In this document: in pieces, positions 36,480-47,731 of the stretch
Layout of the letters: every line of letters starts with the position of its first letter
Numbering within the stretch: position 1 is the stretch's first letter
Origin: Macrostomum lignano
Taxonomy: Eukaryota
Reading direction: 5' to 3'
Assembly: GCA_002269645.1 (NCBI GenBank)
Contig: NIVC01000808.1
Coordinates: 124,001 to 188,000, forward strand
Length of the DNA: 64,000 nt
Translations under genes and position numbers: made by a program
The notes under the pieces: model-generated
What the model was told of the DNA's origin: nothing
What the model saw: only the letters and a program-made list of their open reading frames with translations
Database searches by the model: none

Positions 36480-37396
36480 ATGTCGCTCGCCAAAGACTTC
36501 GCGGCCCCGCTAATGGCCTACCTTCTGCTCTCCTTTGTCGTCCTGCCGCCGGCCGCCTCCGCGCCACCTACCTGCCCCCCTTCTGGCGGCCCTGCCTCAG
36601 CCAGTCCCTGGCCGCCTGGGCCCTGCCCGCTCCCGCCGCCTCCCCGCTCGAGTGCGTCATCCGGGCCCGCTGGCAGCCGCTGTCGGGCGTCGGGGTGGTG
36701 CAGCGGCACCGGCGCAGCTCCGCCTGCTCGCTGTTCCTGCTCAGCCGACTATGCCACCTGCTCAGCCTGAGCAGCCCGCCGGACGACCCCTCGTTGGGCT
36801 CGGCCGACTGCGAGCTGTTCGTGGACTCCGAGCTGGACGCCCTCGTCGCCAACCGGCACTTCACCGCCGTGTGGGTCGGCAACTGCGGGCCCGGCTGGAA
36901 AATCTCGTCTGCGACGCCCGCGGCCAGAGGAACTCCGTTGAGCACGACGGGGTCGTCTGGGCCAGCGACGGCGCCCGGATGGACGGCGCGACGTCGCGGA
37001 TGTGGGTGACGGACACGCGGGTACCTCGACTTCAACGGCAGCCTCACCTGGCTCATGGAGGTGAGCAGGACGCCTAAAGTGAACGCCTTCATCGAGCTGA
37101 CCGACTACAGCAGCTTTACAGAGTGCTGGCTGCATCTGTGGGAGTGGGACGACAGCAGCCCCACGGACACCCGGCGGCTGTACATCCAGAACGGACATCG
37201 CGGCCTCATGTCGAAGCAGCAGATTCTGCCATCGGACAGCCAGCAATTCGCTCGAGTCGGTGCCGCCCTCGACATCTCAGACGTGACGGGCAAGTACAAG
37301 CTGTACTTTAACGGCGCCTTCCTGCCCGACAGTGACGTGGCTGTCTCCAGCTATAGCTTCTATTCCATTGTCGACTTCTGCATCAAAATTGGTTGA
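36480..37396 (+). CDS. Nested intronless gene for an unknown secreted Cys-containing protein (~300 aa); needs three 1-nt indel corrections, so may be a pseudogene
   Basis: GC3-rich island with a signal-peptide-like start (MAYLLLSFVVLPPAASA). The best-codon frame changes near 36562, 36900 and 37021. Ends at TGA 37394-37396. Lies antisense inside GPSM intron 31871..39625. Confidence 0.55.
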
Positions 37397-38933
37397 CGAG
37401 ATCTCAACAACCCGTTTGGAAAGCTAGCCGGCACAGTGAAGACGGTGGCCATGGCTAACAAGTACCTGACTGAGGATATTCAAATATTCCGTGATCTGGC
37501 AGCAAATTTTTATCCCAAGTCAAAGAGTATTGAATTTTTGTGGTTCAGGCAGAAACATCTTTCAAGGCAGTTTAAATCTTGATATGCGATGCATGCTGTA
37601 TTCTTTTTTGCCTTATTTTGTTTTATTCTATAACTTTTTTAAACGAAGAAAATTCTGAACATTTTTTTCAACAATTCCGGCTTTAAAGCAACTTCAATTT
37701 TATTTATAAAATTCTCAGCAGCATCGAAAGTCGGCATCACAGAAGATTCCCTCTGTGGTCGCCACTTTTGAGAGTGCAGGTGAAGTCTCTCTCAATCTTT
37801 GCGAGTGACGCAATCATTAGCTACGCCGCGCCAGACTTGAGTTGAGGAATGAAGTGGGGGGAGCGGTATCCGAGGGTTTGGACGAATTAAAGCTATCCCG
37901 ATCAGTTTCCCCATATCTTTTGTTTCAGAATAGTCCAAGAGAAATTGCTCACTGGCGCATGGAGTGGCGACTTTCAATGCTGAGTATAACTCCATATGCA
38001 CGTTAAAACTCAATGGACATTTTTTTCAGTACCTTTTCTGAACATTTCAACTGTTTTTTTCTCATAACAGCGCTTTTAAAATTTGCCTCTGTTTATTAGT
38101 TAATTACTCGTTTGAAATAAATACACGGAGTTTTCTTTAAATATATATTTAAAGAATATATAGAAGATTTAAAGAAATAATATAATTTATTTCTGTCAGT
38201 TAACTATTGAACTTCTAATCCCCCTGATCTGACATCACTTCGATGGAAGTTATTGGTCGCCTGGGCCTAAGCGGAATGGACGGTCTTCCTCCTGCCCTAA
38301 CCCTAATACACCCTAGCCCTAATCTTAACTCTACTCCAAACTAACTCTAACCCTAGCCTAAACACCAATTCTAAACAAACCGAAATCGTTGGCACTCAAA
38401 TTTCTGTCAGTTAAAAGACGATATCCCGCATGCAGTTAAATATAAAAATCAATATTATGTACATTGTATAATGTGGTACAATGCCCCTTAATATTGATAT
38501 AACAAAATCAGTTCTCAACTTCTGGGAGCAACCGAAATTTTGCCAATTCTTATAAATTTGAAAATATATTTTATAATTGATGTATGCGTTATATGCTTGC
38601 TAGTTACTGCGAACACTGCACTGCTAAACTGGGGGGGGGGGGGGGTGGCAGGGAGAGGGAGGACAGATCTTCCAGCCTTAGGAACGAAAAAAGAAAATGG
38701 CCGATTTCGTCTCCTTGATATAGCATCCCTACGCGTTCGTCTCTCTCCGGTCTTGATTCTATCTTTTCTTATAGCTATGTATAACTATACAAGCGGTGCA
38801 TGCACTTACTCAGCAAAGGCTCGATCAGTGAGAAAAATCTGCAGAGAGAAAGAGCCTAAGGATGGCTATAGCTAGCAAGCCTTGGGCGTTTAGGCAAGGG
38901 ATCGTATGATATGGCCAGTGGAAAGACGCTATA

Positions 38934-39112
38934 CACTCGATTTTCTAAGAAATGAGCTAATTGCTGGTAGGGAATGAATATTTGTCCCATCGCCAGTGCA
39001 TTTTAGCATGCTCTCGAGAAATCGGGTTTTTCTCAACGGAATTTGTCTATGGCCAAAACCCCATTCGATTAGCGCTATGCGTTCTCTGGAGCATTTCTTA
39101 GAAAATCGTGTG
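38934..39112. mobile_element. 179-bp Tc1/mariner-type MITE
   Basis: 21-bp TIR CACTCGATTTTCTAAGAAATG with a 20/21 match at 39092..39112; flanked by TA on the left and CA on the right. Confidence 0.6.
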
Positions 39113-39625
39113 CAGCGATAACGTTCATCTATACGTCAGGTTATCCACGCGTCGGGCGCGAAAGTAAGACGTATTAACCGCTGAGCTGCTCTGCCCCCCC
39201 CCTTAAAGAAAAGCAAAATAAATTATGGGCCACAAAAAACTAGTTCGAAGCAGACAGGCCATACCGCCGGCCATAGTATACTGGCGAGGGATCGGGGCAG
39301 GTCGGGGTTAATCAGGAAGGAATTTTGGCTGGCCCATAGGAGCGTAGCAAACTCGCATTAGGGAGTTCTCAAATCCTGCCTCATCCTGACTGCACGCGAA
39401 AGGAAGGAAGCTGGAGAGACGGAGGGCGCGGGAGAGAATTAACTTGATGCCGCCAGCTTGCCGCCTGTTCCTGTTCGGGCGGCCAGGCGAAAGGGTTTGA
39501 AATGGAATTAGGGACGCTTCGCGGAAGCGAGCGCGGCTGCGCGAGAGTTGTGGGGAAAAATGATGCCATCAGGGGAGAATTGGGGGTGAAATCCGAGTAA
39601 ACACGATCCGGGAGTGGCACCCCAC

Positions 39626-39760
39626 CTTGTCTTCGGTCTCCCGAGCCAGACCAGTTGCAGCTGGAATTGGACAGCAGCTTCGTCCAGTCTGCCCAGCGCT
39701 TTCAGGGCGTTGCCAAGGTTACCAGATGCCTTGGCTTCTCCGGCTTTGTCCAAAATCGAT
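39626..39760 (-). CDS. GPSM2: GPSM exon 2 (TPR), apparent 1-nt deletion near 39650
   Basis: Acceptor tttcag|A. Encodes SILDKAGEAKASGNLGNALKALGRLDEA, then after a frame change LARETEDK. Donor AAG|gtgggg at 39626/39625 matches the phase-0 start of the next exon. Confidence 0.8.
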
Positions 39761-40321
39761 CTGAAATGCCGATTTAGCGATTGATTGAGTTCCATGCATG
39801 CTTTGCTTTGGATGCGTTTCATTTGTTCCCTCAAGCATATACTATTGACGCTCCCAATAAATTTAATTGTCGATTTTTATCGGACTGCAAATACTAATGT
39901 GGCAACAACTTACCATAATGCATGACCGCTACTAAACCGCTCCTTTCCGCTTCTTGCATCCTCTCCCTCCCAGCAATATCCCTGATCCTAGCCCTGATCT
40001 TCTATCCTTCCAGCATTCCCGATCCTATCACCCTCTCCCTCCTAGCATCTCCCTTCTATCACCTTTCACCCTTCTAGCACTCTTCCTCTCTCAATTTCCT
40101 CGAAGGCATGCATACACTAACATTAACTTTGCTATTTGTTTTAAACTGGCCCAGAGGCTCGTAAATGACCGTATGCAGAAAGTTTCCAATCATTATATAA
40201 CTACTAATTTGCTTTTGTCCGCATGCTAATACCTGTGAGGTATACTACGTCGTATCGCAAACACGGTGCAAGAGCAATAGTAAACGTGGAATCAGCCAAT
40301 ATTACAGACCGCGGGTCTTAC

Positions 40322-40575
40322 CTGGACAGCTCGAGGTCCAGCTGGTGATATTCTAATGCCTTGTCAAATTTCTTCAAATAGAAATATATATTTCCAAGCT
40401 GACTGTAAAGAATAGAGCGCAGTTTATGATTGTCGGCGTGCAGTAAAGCTGATTCTAACACCCGAGCGCCTTGTTCGTGTTTCCCCTGCTGACAAAGCAG
40501 TTCTCCATCTTGTACCAATTGCATGTACTGCTTTCGTGGTGAGCTTTGCAGTTTTCCGTCACCATTATTGGACAT
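40322..40575 (-). CDS. GPSM2: Pins/LGN/AGS3 (G-protein signalling modulator) first coding exon, N-terminal TPRs
   Basis: ATG at 40575 directly after tttttatag. Encodes ILYSQLGNIYFYLKKFDKALEYHQLDLELSR, matching GPSM2 AIYSQLGNAYFYLHDYAKALEYHHHDLTLAR. Donor AG|gtaaga at 40322/40321. Confidence 0.9.
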
Positions 40576-41302
40576 CTATAAAAATGTTCAACCGCATTTG
40601 GAGGAAGAAATTATTTGTTTGCAAATTTGAAATGATATGAGGTAAAAATTCTGCAAAAATATAAAAGCATACAACAACCATAGAAAAAGATGCATGAAGT
40701 TTATAGTAGCTGTTTCAATTTGCGCTTGGAAATTGTTTCTTTTAACAAACTCTTTCAATTTTGATTCCTAACGAAGCCAAAATGTCAGGAATACTAAATT
40801 ATTGAACATAATTAATCAAGCATGTGTTGAAGCTATATATTTAACTGAAAAAAGCCATAGGTTAACAAAATAAAATGCTTACAGGGAAAAAAGCACGCAA
40901 AAAATAGAATTTACCGACATGTACACGTACCTTGGACTGAAATATCGTAAATTTCAGTCGTTCGTTCAAACTGGACTCAAGTAAAGCAAATTAACAGAGG
41001 TTGGGTTAAGTTACAGAGCTGATTAGTCTCCTTCTGGAATCTGGATCGACCTTGACACGCCCGGACAGGCCCGCACGAGCAGTTAAACTGAAATCTCGCA
41101 ATACGTACTACTAAAGGGCGAATAATTCCTCTTCATCATTTTGAATTTTTATGAATGCTCAGAAGCTCTCTATTATTAAAAAAGACAAAATAGTCAATAA
41201 CTAGGAGTTTAAAGTATAATGTTTGTTCAATCGATCTAACATTTTTGCTGTTTTTTTTTTAAAATTAGTTTCTTTCTTGAGAGCTCGCGCAAATTTAACC
41301 CC

Positions 41303-41317
41303 GGCGGGAAATTTGAG
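41303..41317 (+). promoter_or_regulatory. Composite E2F/CHR-like (DREAM) motif upstream of GPSM
   Basis: GGCGGGAAATTTGAG (E2F core TTTCCCGCC plus CHR-like TTTGA), a second CGCGCAAA at ~41286, and a 13-bp inverted repeat at 41354..41387. About 730 bp upstream of the GPSM ATG. Confidence 0.35.
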
Positions 41318-42029
41318 GGGCCTGTAGGGTAAGCTTTCTGTGAGGTGTGAGCTTGTGTGAGCTTTTAAGCACGGAAAAGCTCACACACAAAAGCTCAATT
41401 TGCAATCAGGGCAGGGCAAACAGAGCTGCTGGACTGGACCTGGACGAAACACAAGTTATAAAACATAGTTACTGACACAAGTAACACCGTTTCCCTTGCG
41501 GCTGGATGACTGGCGCAACCATTAATCAGTAGGGCCTATCTACTATTGAATAGATTATCAAGATTAAGTCAAGAGTAAGGGCCCAGGCCTAGTTGTATTA
41601 TGATTATAAGGCACGCGTTATTGTGACTTGTGACTAGACTTTTCTATTTGTTTTTGCTTTTTTGCTAGAAGGCATTGCATTTAGCATCCTTTAATAAATC
41701 AATTTCAATTTATTTACCACTAGAAAGTAGTAATTGACCTTGGCTTAGACTTTAACCTTTTATTAAAAAAGGGGCCTAATCTTGACATGGCAATTTTAAA
41801 ATGGAAACTTGTATAGAAATTTTTTGTTAGGCCTTCTTCAACAATATAAGTCAAGACCTTTTTAGGAAGCCAATTGCCTCTTACATGCAAAAACTTTGTC
41901 TTTGTTTTACATGTCAAAAGGGGAATACAAACCTTGTCCTACACCTATTGTCTTTTACTGTCTTTTAAATTCTATTTATATTATAGCATATAAGTCTTGG
42001 TTATATTCTTGATATTGGTTGATTTAATA

Positions 42030-43143
42030 TGAGGGTTATCAGAAAAGTTCTGTGTATATTGTAATAACTTGAGAACAATAAACAGTACAGAAACATGAAA
42101 AGTTATAAATGTCTTCCTTAATATCTATTCATTCAAAGTATGAGCCCTCTGCTTCAATGCACTCTTTCCTATGTTGCATCAGCCTGTCAATGCTTGCAGT
42201 CATGTCATTGTTTGTCACGGTGGCAATGCCAGCCTTGTAGGCCTGATTCACATCTTCCTCTGTGCTAAAACGTTGGCCTCGCATCAACTCCTTGATGTGA
42301 AGGAAGAGGAAAAAGTCACTTGGACTTAAGTTGTAGACCCTCCTAGTCGAAGAAAGTCACATGCATGACCTTCAGCTGGCCAATGCTCCAGATAGCCTTT
42401 TGAGGTCGCAGAGAACCTAGCCTGCACCATATGGCACTCGTCCACTTCAATTCCACCTCCTAAGAATATGCCCAGGTTTCATCCTGCCAATACGCAGTAG
42501 GTTGGATATGCACATAGTGACCCGCCGAGCCCACTGATTGTCAATGAGCAAATGTGGCACCCACTTGGCATAGACCTTGCACATCCTAAGGTCCTTGGTC
42601 AGGATCTTGTGGACTGAGTCGTGAGACACCCCTATGGCATCAGCCAGCTACCTGGTGGTCAGTCTCTAGTCTTGTAGCACAGTTGCCTTCACCTGACTCA
42701 CCAGGCTATCAGTCTGAGCACTTTTTGGTCATCCACTATGTGGCTTGTCATTGAGGTCTTTTTGCCATTGTAAATGGCAATAGCCCAATGGTAAATTGTT
42801 TCATAATATAGACAAAAGTCTCCTATATGGTCTGTTGCATTTCTTCTAAAATCTCAGTTGCTAAATTGAAAAGACATAAAAATGCTCCTGAAAGACATAA
42901 AAATTGATGATTGCTCGATTTTGGCATTTAGAAAACTCTCTTGTAGGACAGAATGTGCCATGGGTATAGTTGAATAATTATTGCTACACAGGCTAGAAAT
43001 GATCTGGTGCTCTAAAACTGAAGCTAGTGACTCTATATATGTACATATCTATGGCTAAAACCCCAACTCTTTAGCTATTCAGAGAATAGCTCAAATAGAG
43101 CTGAGCTATTTTCTAATATACAGAACTTTTCTGACAATCCTTG
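42030..43143 (-). mobile_element. Degenerate mariner element with internal deletion
   Basis: TA-flanked ~30-bp TIRs (consensus CGAGGGTTGTCAGAAAAGTTCTG). Minus-strand remnants WVPHLL, SG*P, LSPSDFFLF and CIEAEGSYFE* match the mariner WVPHEL and YSPDLAPSDY motifs. Duplicated at ~51925..53038. Confidence 0.88.
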
Positions 43144-46100
43144 TACCAGTTCTGTGGCTTGTCTACAATTTCATCAAACACTATCTAAGTAGTAATAGCA
43201 CTCACTTGCTTGATTGAGCTATAGGCTGTTTATGCTAAGATTCTAAGGCAATTAAATCCTTGGCTTAAGTTGGATGATCTATATTTACTATAATCAATAA
43301 TATTCTACTAATAGAAAATCTGGCAACCATTGTTTTGCAATGCACTAGGTCTAATCTCTTTGAAACTGTCTTTTGTGCCTCTGGATCTAATAGTAGTTTA
43401 TTCCTAGTTTCAATGTATTTAAAATAGGCAATGTTTGTAACATGTTGGATCTTGAAGTTGTTGGCATAATGACCTATCTAGAACATTGTCCAGCTACATT
43501 AGATTGGGAATAAAGGTTCTGAATCTAATTTATTCTCATTGACTCTACAGTCAAATTTTTCTAGAATTCAATGGTAGCTTTCTATGCCAATCCATATTGT
43601 TTTCATTTTTTGCTTATATACCTTGAACTCTTCTTCCTGATTTTCTAGCCACTATTTAGCTTTGCTAATAGTTGCATCATTTATGACACTGTATAAAATG
43701 TTCTGAAAGTGACTTTTCTGTTGAAATCAAAATTCAAATCAAAATTTGCTACTTTCTAAAATTGAAATCAAAATTTTCCAAAATTGAAATTCAGAAAAAC
43801 AAAGTTTAGCATGACCAACACTCACTTTTTACTTTTGATTTATTGCTCATGCAAAACAAAATACATGTATATATAGTAGAAATTCCATTCCATTTTTGGA
43901 ACTTGGAATTTTATTAGGCTCAGAAAAACAAAAGTAGCCACAATTGCCAATACAATTGTTTAGCTATCTTTAACCATTGTAATAAGTTTTGTTGCTTTAT
44001 CAAGCAAATTAAACTATTTATTGTTCTTTATGCAAATCTGAAACTTTCTTATTTTGTAGAAGATCAAAATCAAGCTTGTTGCATAGCTTTGCATTATAAG
44101 GCTTCTTCACCTTCTGGCCATAGGTTTTCACTAGGAATTTTATGTAATCCTCAAATTGAAGGTAATAAGTTAACTCGTATTCACAGATCTCTTCAAAGCA
44201 TCAAGCTCAAATGAATAAAACTAAGGTGCATCAATGAGTTAAGATAGAAGGGGCCTCCTGACTATGAGTAGAGACCTTCTTTCAATGATCTTGTTCAGTT
44301 TGTCACAATGATTCTGATTCAAAAAGTCCAAAAAGCATTGAAACTGCACTCTTTGTACATTTGCCTGATCATTTCAATCAGCCAATCAATTATACTTTTG
44401 CATAGCCCTAAGCCTTTATATCTTTGCAGCCAAGTACTATAATTATTAATTTCTTTTTCTAATTTTGTCATCTTATTCTTGTTGGCAATGGCCTCTTTCA
44501 GTTCAACAAAGGCCTTCTGTTTGGCCTTTAGGAACTTTATGAATATGTTCAAGGTGCTACCATAGAGCCCCTTTCAAATATAGAAGGTTGCACTCTGGAC
44601 ATTGGACCTTTGTTGGGCATTTGTCAAGTGGAAAAGTTTCTTGTATATGCAGCTTGATTTTTTTAGTCAGCAAGTCAATTGAGTTGCCACTCAGCAAATC
44701 CTTGTGCAACTCCTATATGTGCTGACTAAGTTGCAAACCAATAATGCCATGTTGCAGCTCTGTCTTGCCTTTTTTCAAAAAGGACATACTTTTTTCCTGC
44801 TTCTTGCTGTTCTCGACAATTTCTCTAGATCTCTATCTTCATTGACACTAATAGCTGCAGACATAGATGCATGTTATAGATAATGAAACTCTAGCAGCCT
44901 AAGAAGTGACAATTGCCAAAACAGAAAATGGAGTAACAATACTCAGTTTCTAAATCTTTTTGGTCTGTTTTATCCCAAAAAACTTTGCCATAAATTTCAA
45001 CTGAGTAGCTAGCCAGCCAGTCATCTGCTTTTGTAGATGAAGGTATAGTGTGGTAAAGTTCAGCAAAATTGTTGACAGCTTTAAACTTTTTATTCTTTTA
45101 GCAAGACTGTTACTTTGTGGCAAATGCTAGGGTTCAAACAAGTACTTGAATTTGTTAAGTTTTGAGCCAAATACTTAAGCCTTTTGTGAAAAACTTGACT
45201 TTGCCAAGTTGGGATTAGGGAGAAAAGTAGGGTTGATTCAAGTTTTTTAGGACAAAGGGTAATGCCATAGTTAAAACATTTTTTATGACTTTGATTAAAA
45301 GAAAATGAAAATACAATTCAGTTTATAAGTCTTGAATGTATTCTAATTGTTATTAAATGAGTTAAAATTATGTTTTTTATTATTTCAGTTTTCAGATAGC
45401 ATTGGCCATGCCTATTGATAGCTATAATTAGCTATAAATATTATAATAAAATTATTAGAGTAATAGCATTGCATTGTTGTATGCAATTGTAATGCATTGT
45501 TAACACAAGTAGTTTTATATAATGAATTTTTTTTGGTACAAGATCTTTTAATTCCTAGAGTAGACCCTAGTTCCTTTATTATAGCTTCTAAACTAAAGCC
45601 ACTTTTACAAATTTCAATATAAAATTTTGGCAGATAGAAATTATACACAACATTCTATATAAGAATGTTGAGTAAGTCTAAGTATTCCATATCAAATTGT
45701 TGCACTAGCATATATATTATTAACTTAAATAATGGGCATAGATATAAAAAAGTCTAATTTCTATGGTCTTTTAAACATAAAACATTTTTTCTTCATTGTC
45801 CTAATTTGCATAAACAAAATTGGTAGATATCAGCAATCAGCATACAAAAAAGAGTTTTAACAAAGTATATTTTTGTATATTTTGAGCACCCTGTGTCTAT
45901 TGTATTCTCTGCATGGTCCATATTTCTATGAAATGTATCAAGTTGACAAATAGATACAGGTCTAAGCATGTACTTTCAAAGTGAAGCCCTAGCATACACG
46001 TGTAACTTCCTGAATTTTATCTAGCTGGTGAAACATAATTTACCATGAAAATATTATATGTATGTCTAAAAAGTACTCATATTTAGTTATATATGTAATT

Positions 46101-46253
46101 TAAATCTTTTTTTCTCTTTCGCATCAATTGTTTAATGCTCCATCTGTCTTTGTTTTTGTAATATATTGTGGATAGGTATGTACGAGTACTCGTATATTTT
46201 CATGTTTTTGTATTGTGTACTCTTTGGTTTTTCAACATACCCCTGCCTTGGCT

Positions 46254-47600
46254 GGGAGTAGGACGTTTGCTTGCCGAAGTTTGCTTGCAGGAAATTTGCT
46301 TGCAGGAACTTTGCTTGCAGGAACTTTGCTTGCAGGAACTTTGCTTGCAGGAACTTTGCTTGCAGGAACTTTGCTTGCCGAAGTTTGCTTGCGGAATTTT
46401 GATGTCTGCTTCCTAGAATTTGCTTGTTTTGATTGCTTGTGAAGTTGGTCAGTCAATTATTACTTACTACAGTCTACAGATGCTTTGCAAATGGATTCTT
46501 ATCAGCATCAACGTAAACTAACTTGACACTAAGCTTTCAAACTAGGCTTACAGAGTTGCATTCTAAGAATTAAGTATACAGAAATGATTAGAGATTTAGT
46601 ATAGGTAAATTGGAATCGGTAACAGTATAAATCTTTGTAGTTCCTGATTTCAGCACGATTGAGCAGGTATGATAATTGTAGTGATGCTAATGTACAATAA
46701 TGCATATACTATTGATAATTAGTATATAAAAATGTAAACGCACTTGGACTGGCGGATTTGCACGAGTACAAGTGTCGTGTACTTGTCACCGAGGAACAAA
46801 AGTTAAAATAGATTTGTAGAACCGAAAGTTCCGTGGAGTTTCGAAAGTTTCTGCGTTATGGCTAAAATCATAACACTATATAGGCGACTTCCATGAATCT
46901 TAGAAACTGAAAATTAGAAATACAAGAGCTCAAAAATACGTTCTTAAGGTTCCGCAAGAAAGCTTTTCCTGGCAAACCTCGTCAAGCAAAATTTCTGCAA
47001 GCAAACTTCGGCAAGCAGACTACGGGAAGCAAAAGTTCGGCAAGCAGACTACGGGAAGCAAAAGTTCGGCAAGCAGACTACGGAAAGCAAAAGTTCGGCA
47101 AGCAAAAAGTTCGGCATGCAAAGTTTGGCAAGCAGACTTCGGAAAGCAAAAGTTCGGCAAGCAAAGGTTCGGCATGCAAAGTTTGGCAAGCAGACTTCGG
47201 AAAGCAAAAGTTCGGCAAGCAAAAAGTTCGGCATGCAAAGTTCGGCAAGCAGACTTCGGAAAGCAAAAGTTCGGCAAGCAAAGGTTCGGCATGCAAAGTT
47301 TGGCAAGCAGACTTCGGAAAGCAAAAGTTCGGCAAGCAAAAAGTTCGGCATGCAAAGTTCGGCAAGCAGACTTCGGAAAGCAAAAGTTCGGCAAGCAAAG
47401 GTTCGGCATGCAAAGTTTGGCAAGCAGACTTCGGAAAGCAAAAGTTCGGCAAGCAAAGGTTCGGCATGCAAAGTTTGGCAAGCAGACTTCGGAAAGCAAA
47501 AGTTCGGCAAGCAAAGGTTCGGCATGCAAAGTTTGGCAAGCAAAGTTCCTGCAAGCAAACTTCGGCAAGCAAACTTCTCGCAAGCGAATTTCATAGACCC
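46254..47600. mobile_element. Foldback/MULE- or Merlin-like non-autonomous element with tandem-repeat TIRs
   Basis: Flanked by the direct repeat GCCTTGGC(T/C) at 46245..46253 and 47601..47609. Starts GGG, ends CCC. The left 15-bp array (46263..46395) is the reverse complement of the outer part of the right array (46970..47590). Duplicated at ~56151..57497. Confidence 0.75.
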
Positions 47601-47731
47601 GCCTTGGCCACTGTCACCTGGGCTGGATCGTATTGGTAGAAAATGCTAGTTCTGTTTTGCTTAGGCCAATATTATTTAATTTATGTGCATCAGTTTGGCT
47701 ATATATATATATCATTATATGGCTATGAATA

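Noticed and set aside
46181-46194. Perfect 14-bp palindrome TACGAGTACTCGTA
   Set aside because: A single short palindrome with no associated terminus or second site that I could identify; not interpretable alone.
47020-47649. 140-187-aa ORFs in several frames (and twins at 56917..57546)
   Set aside because: They are translations of the tandem TIR array of the Foldback-like element.
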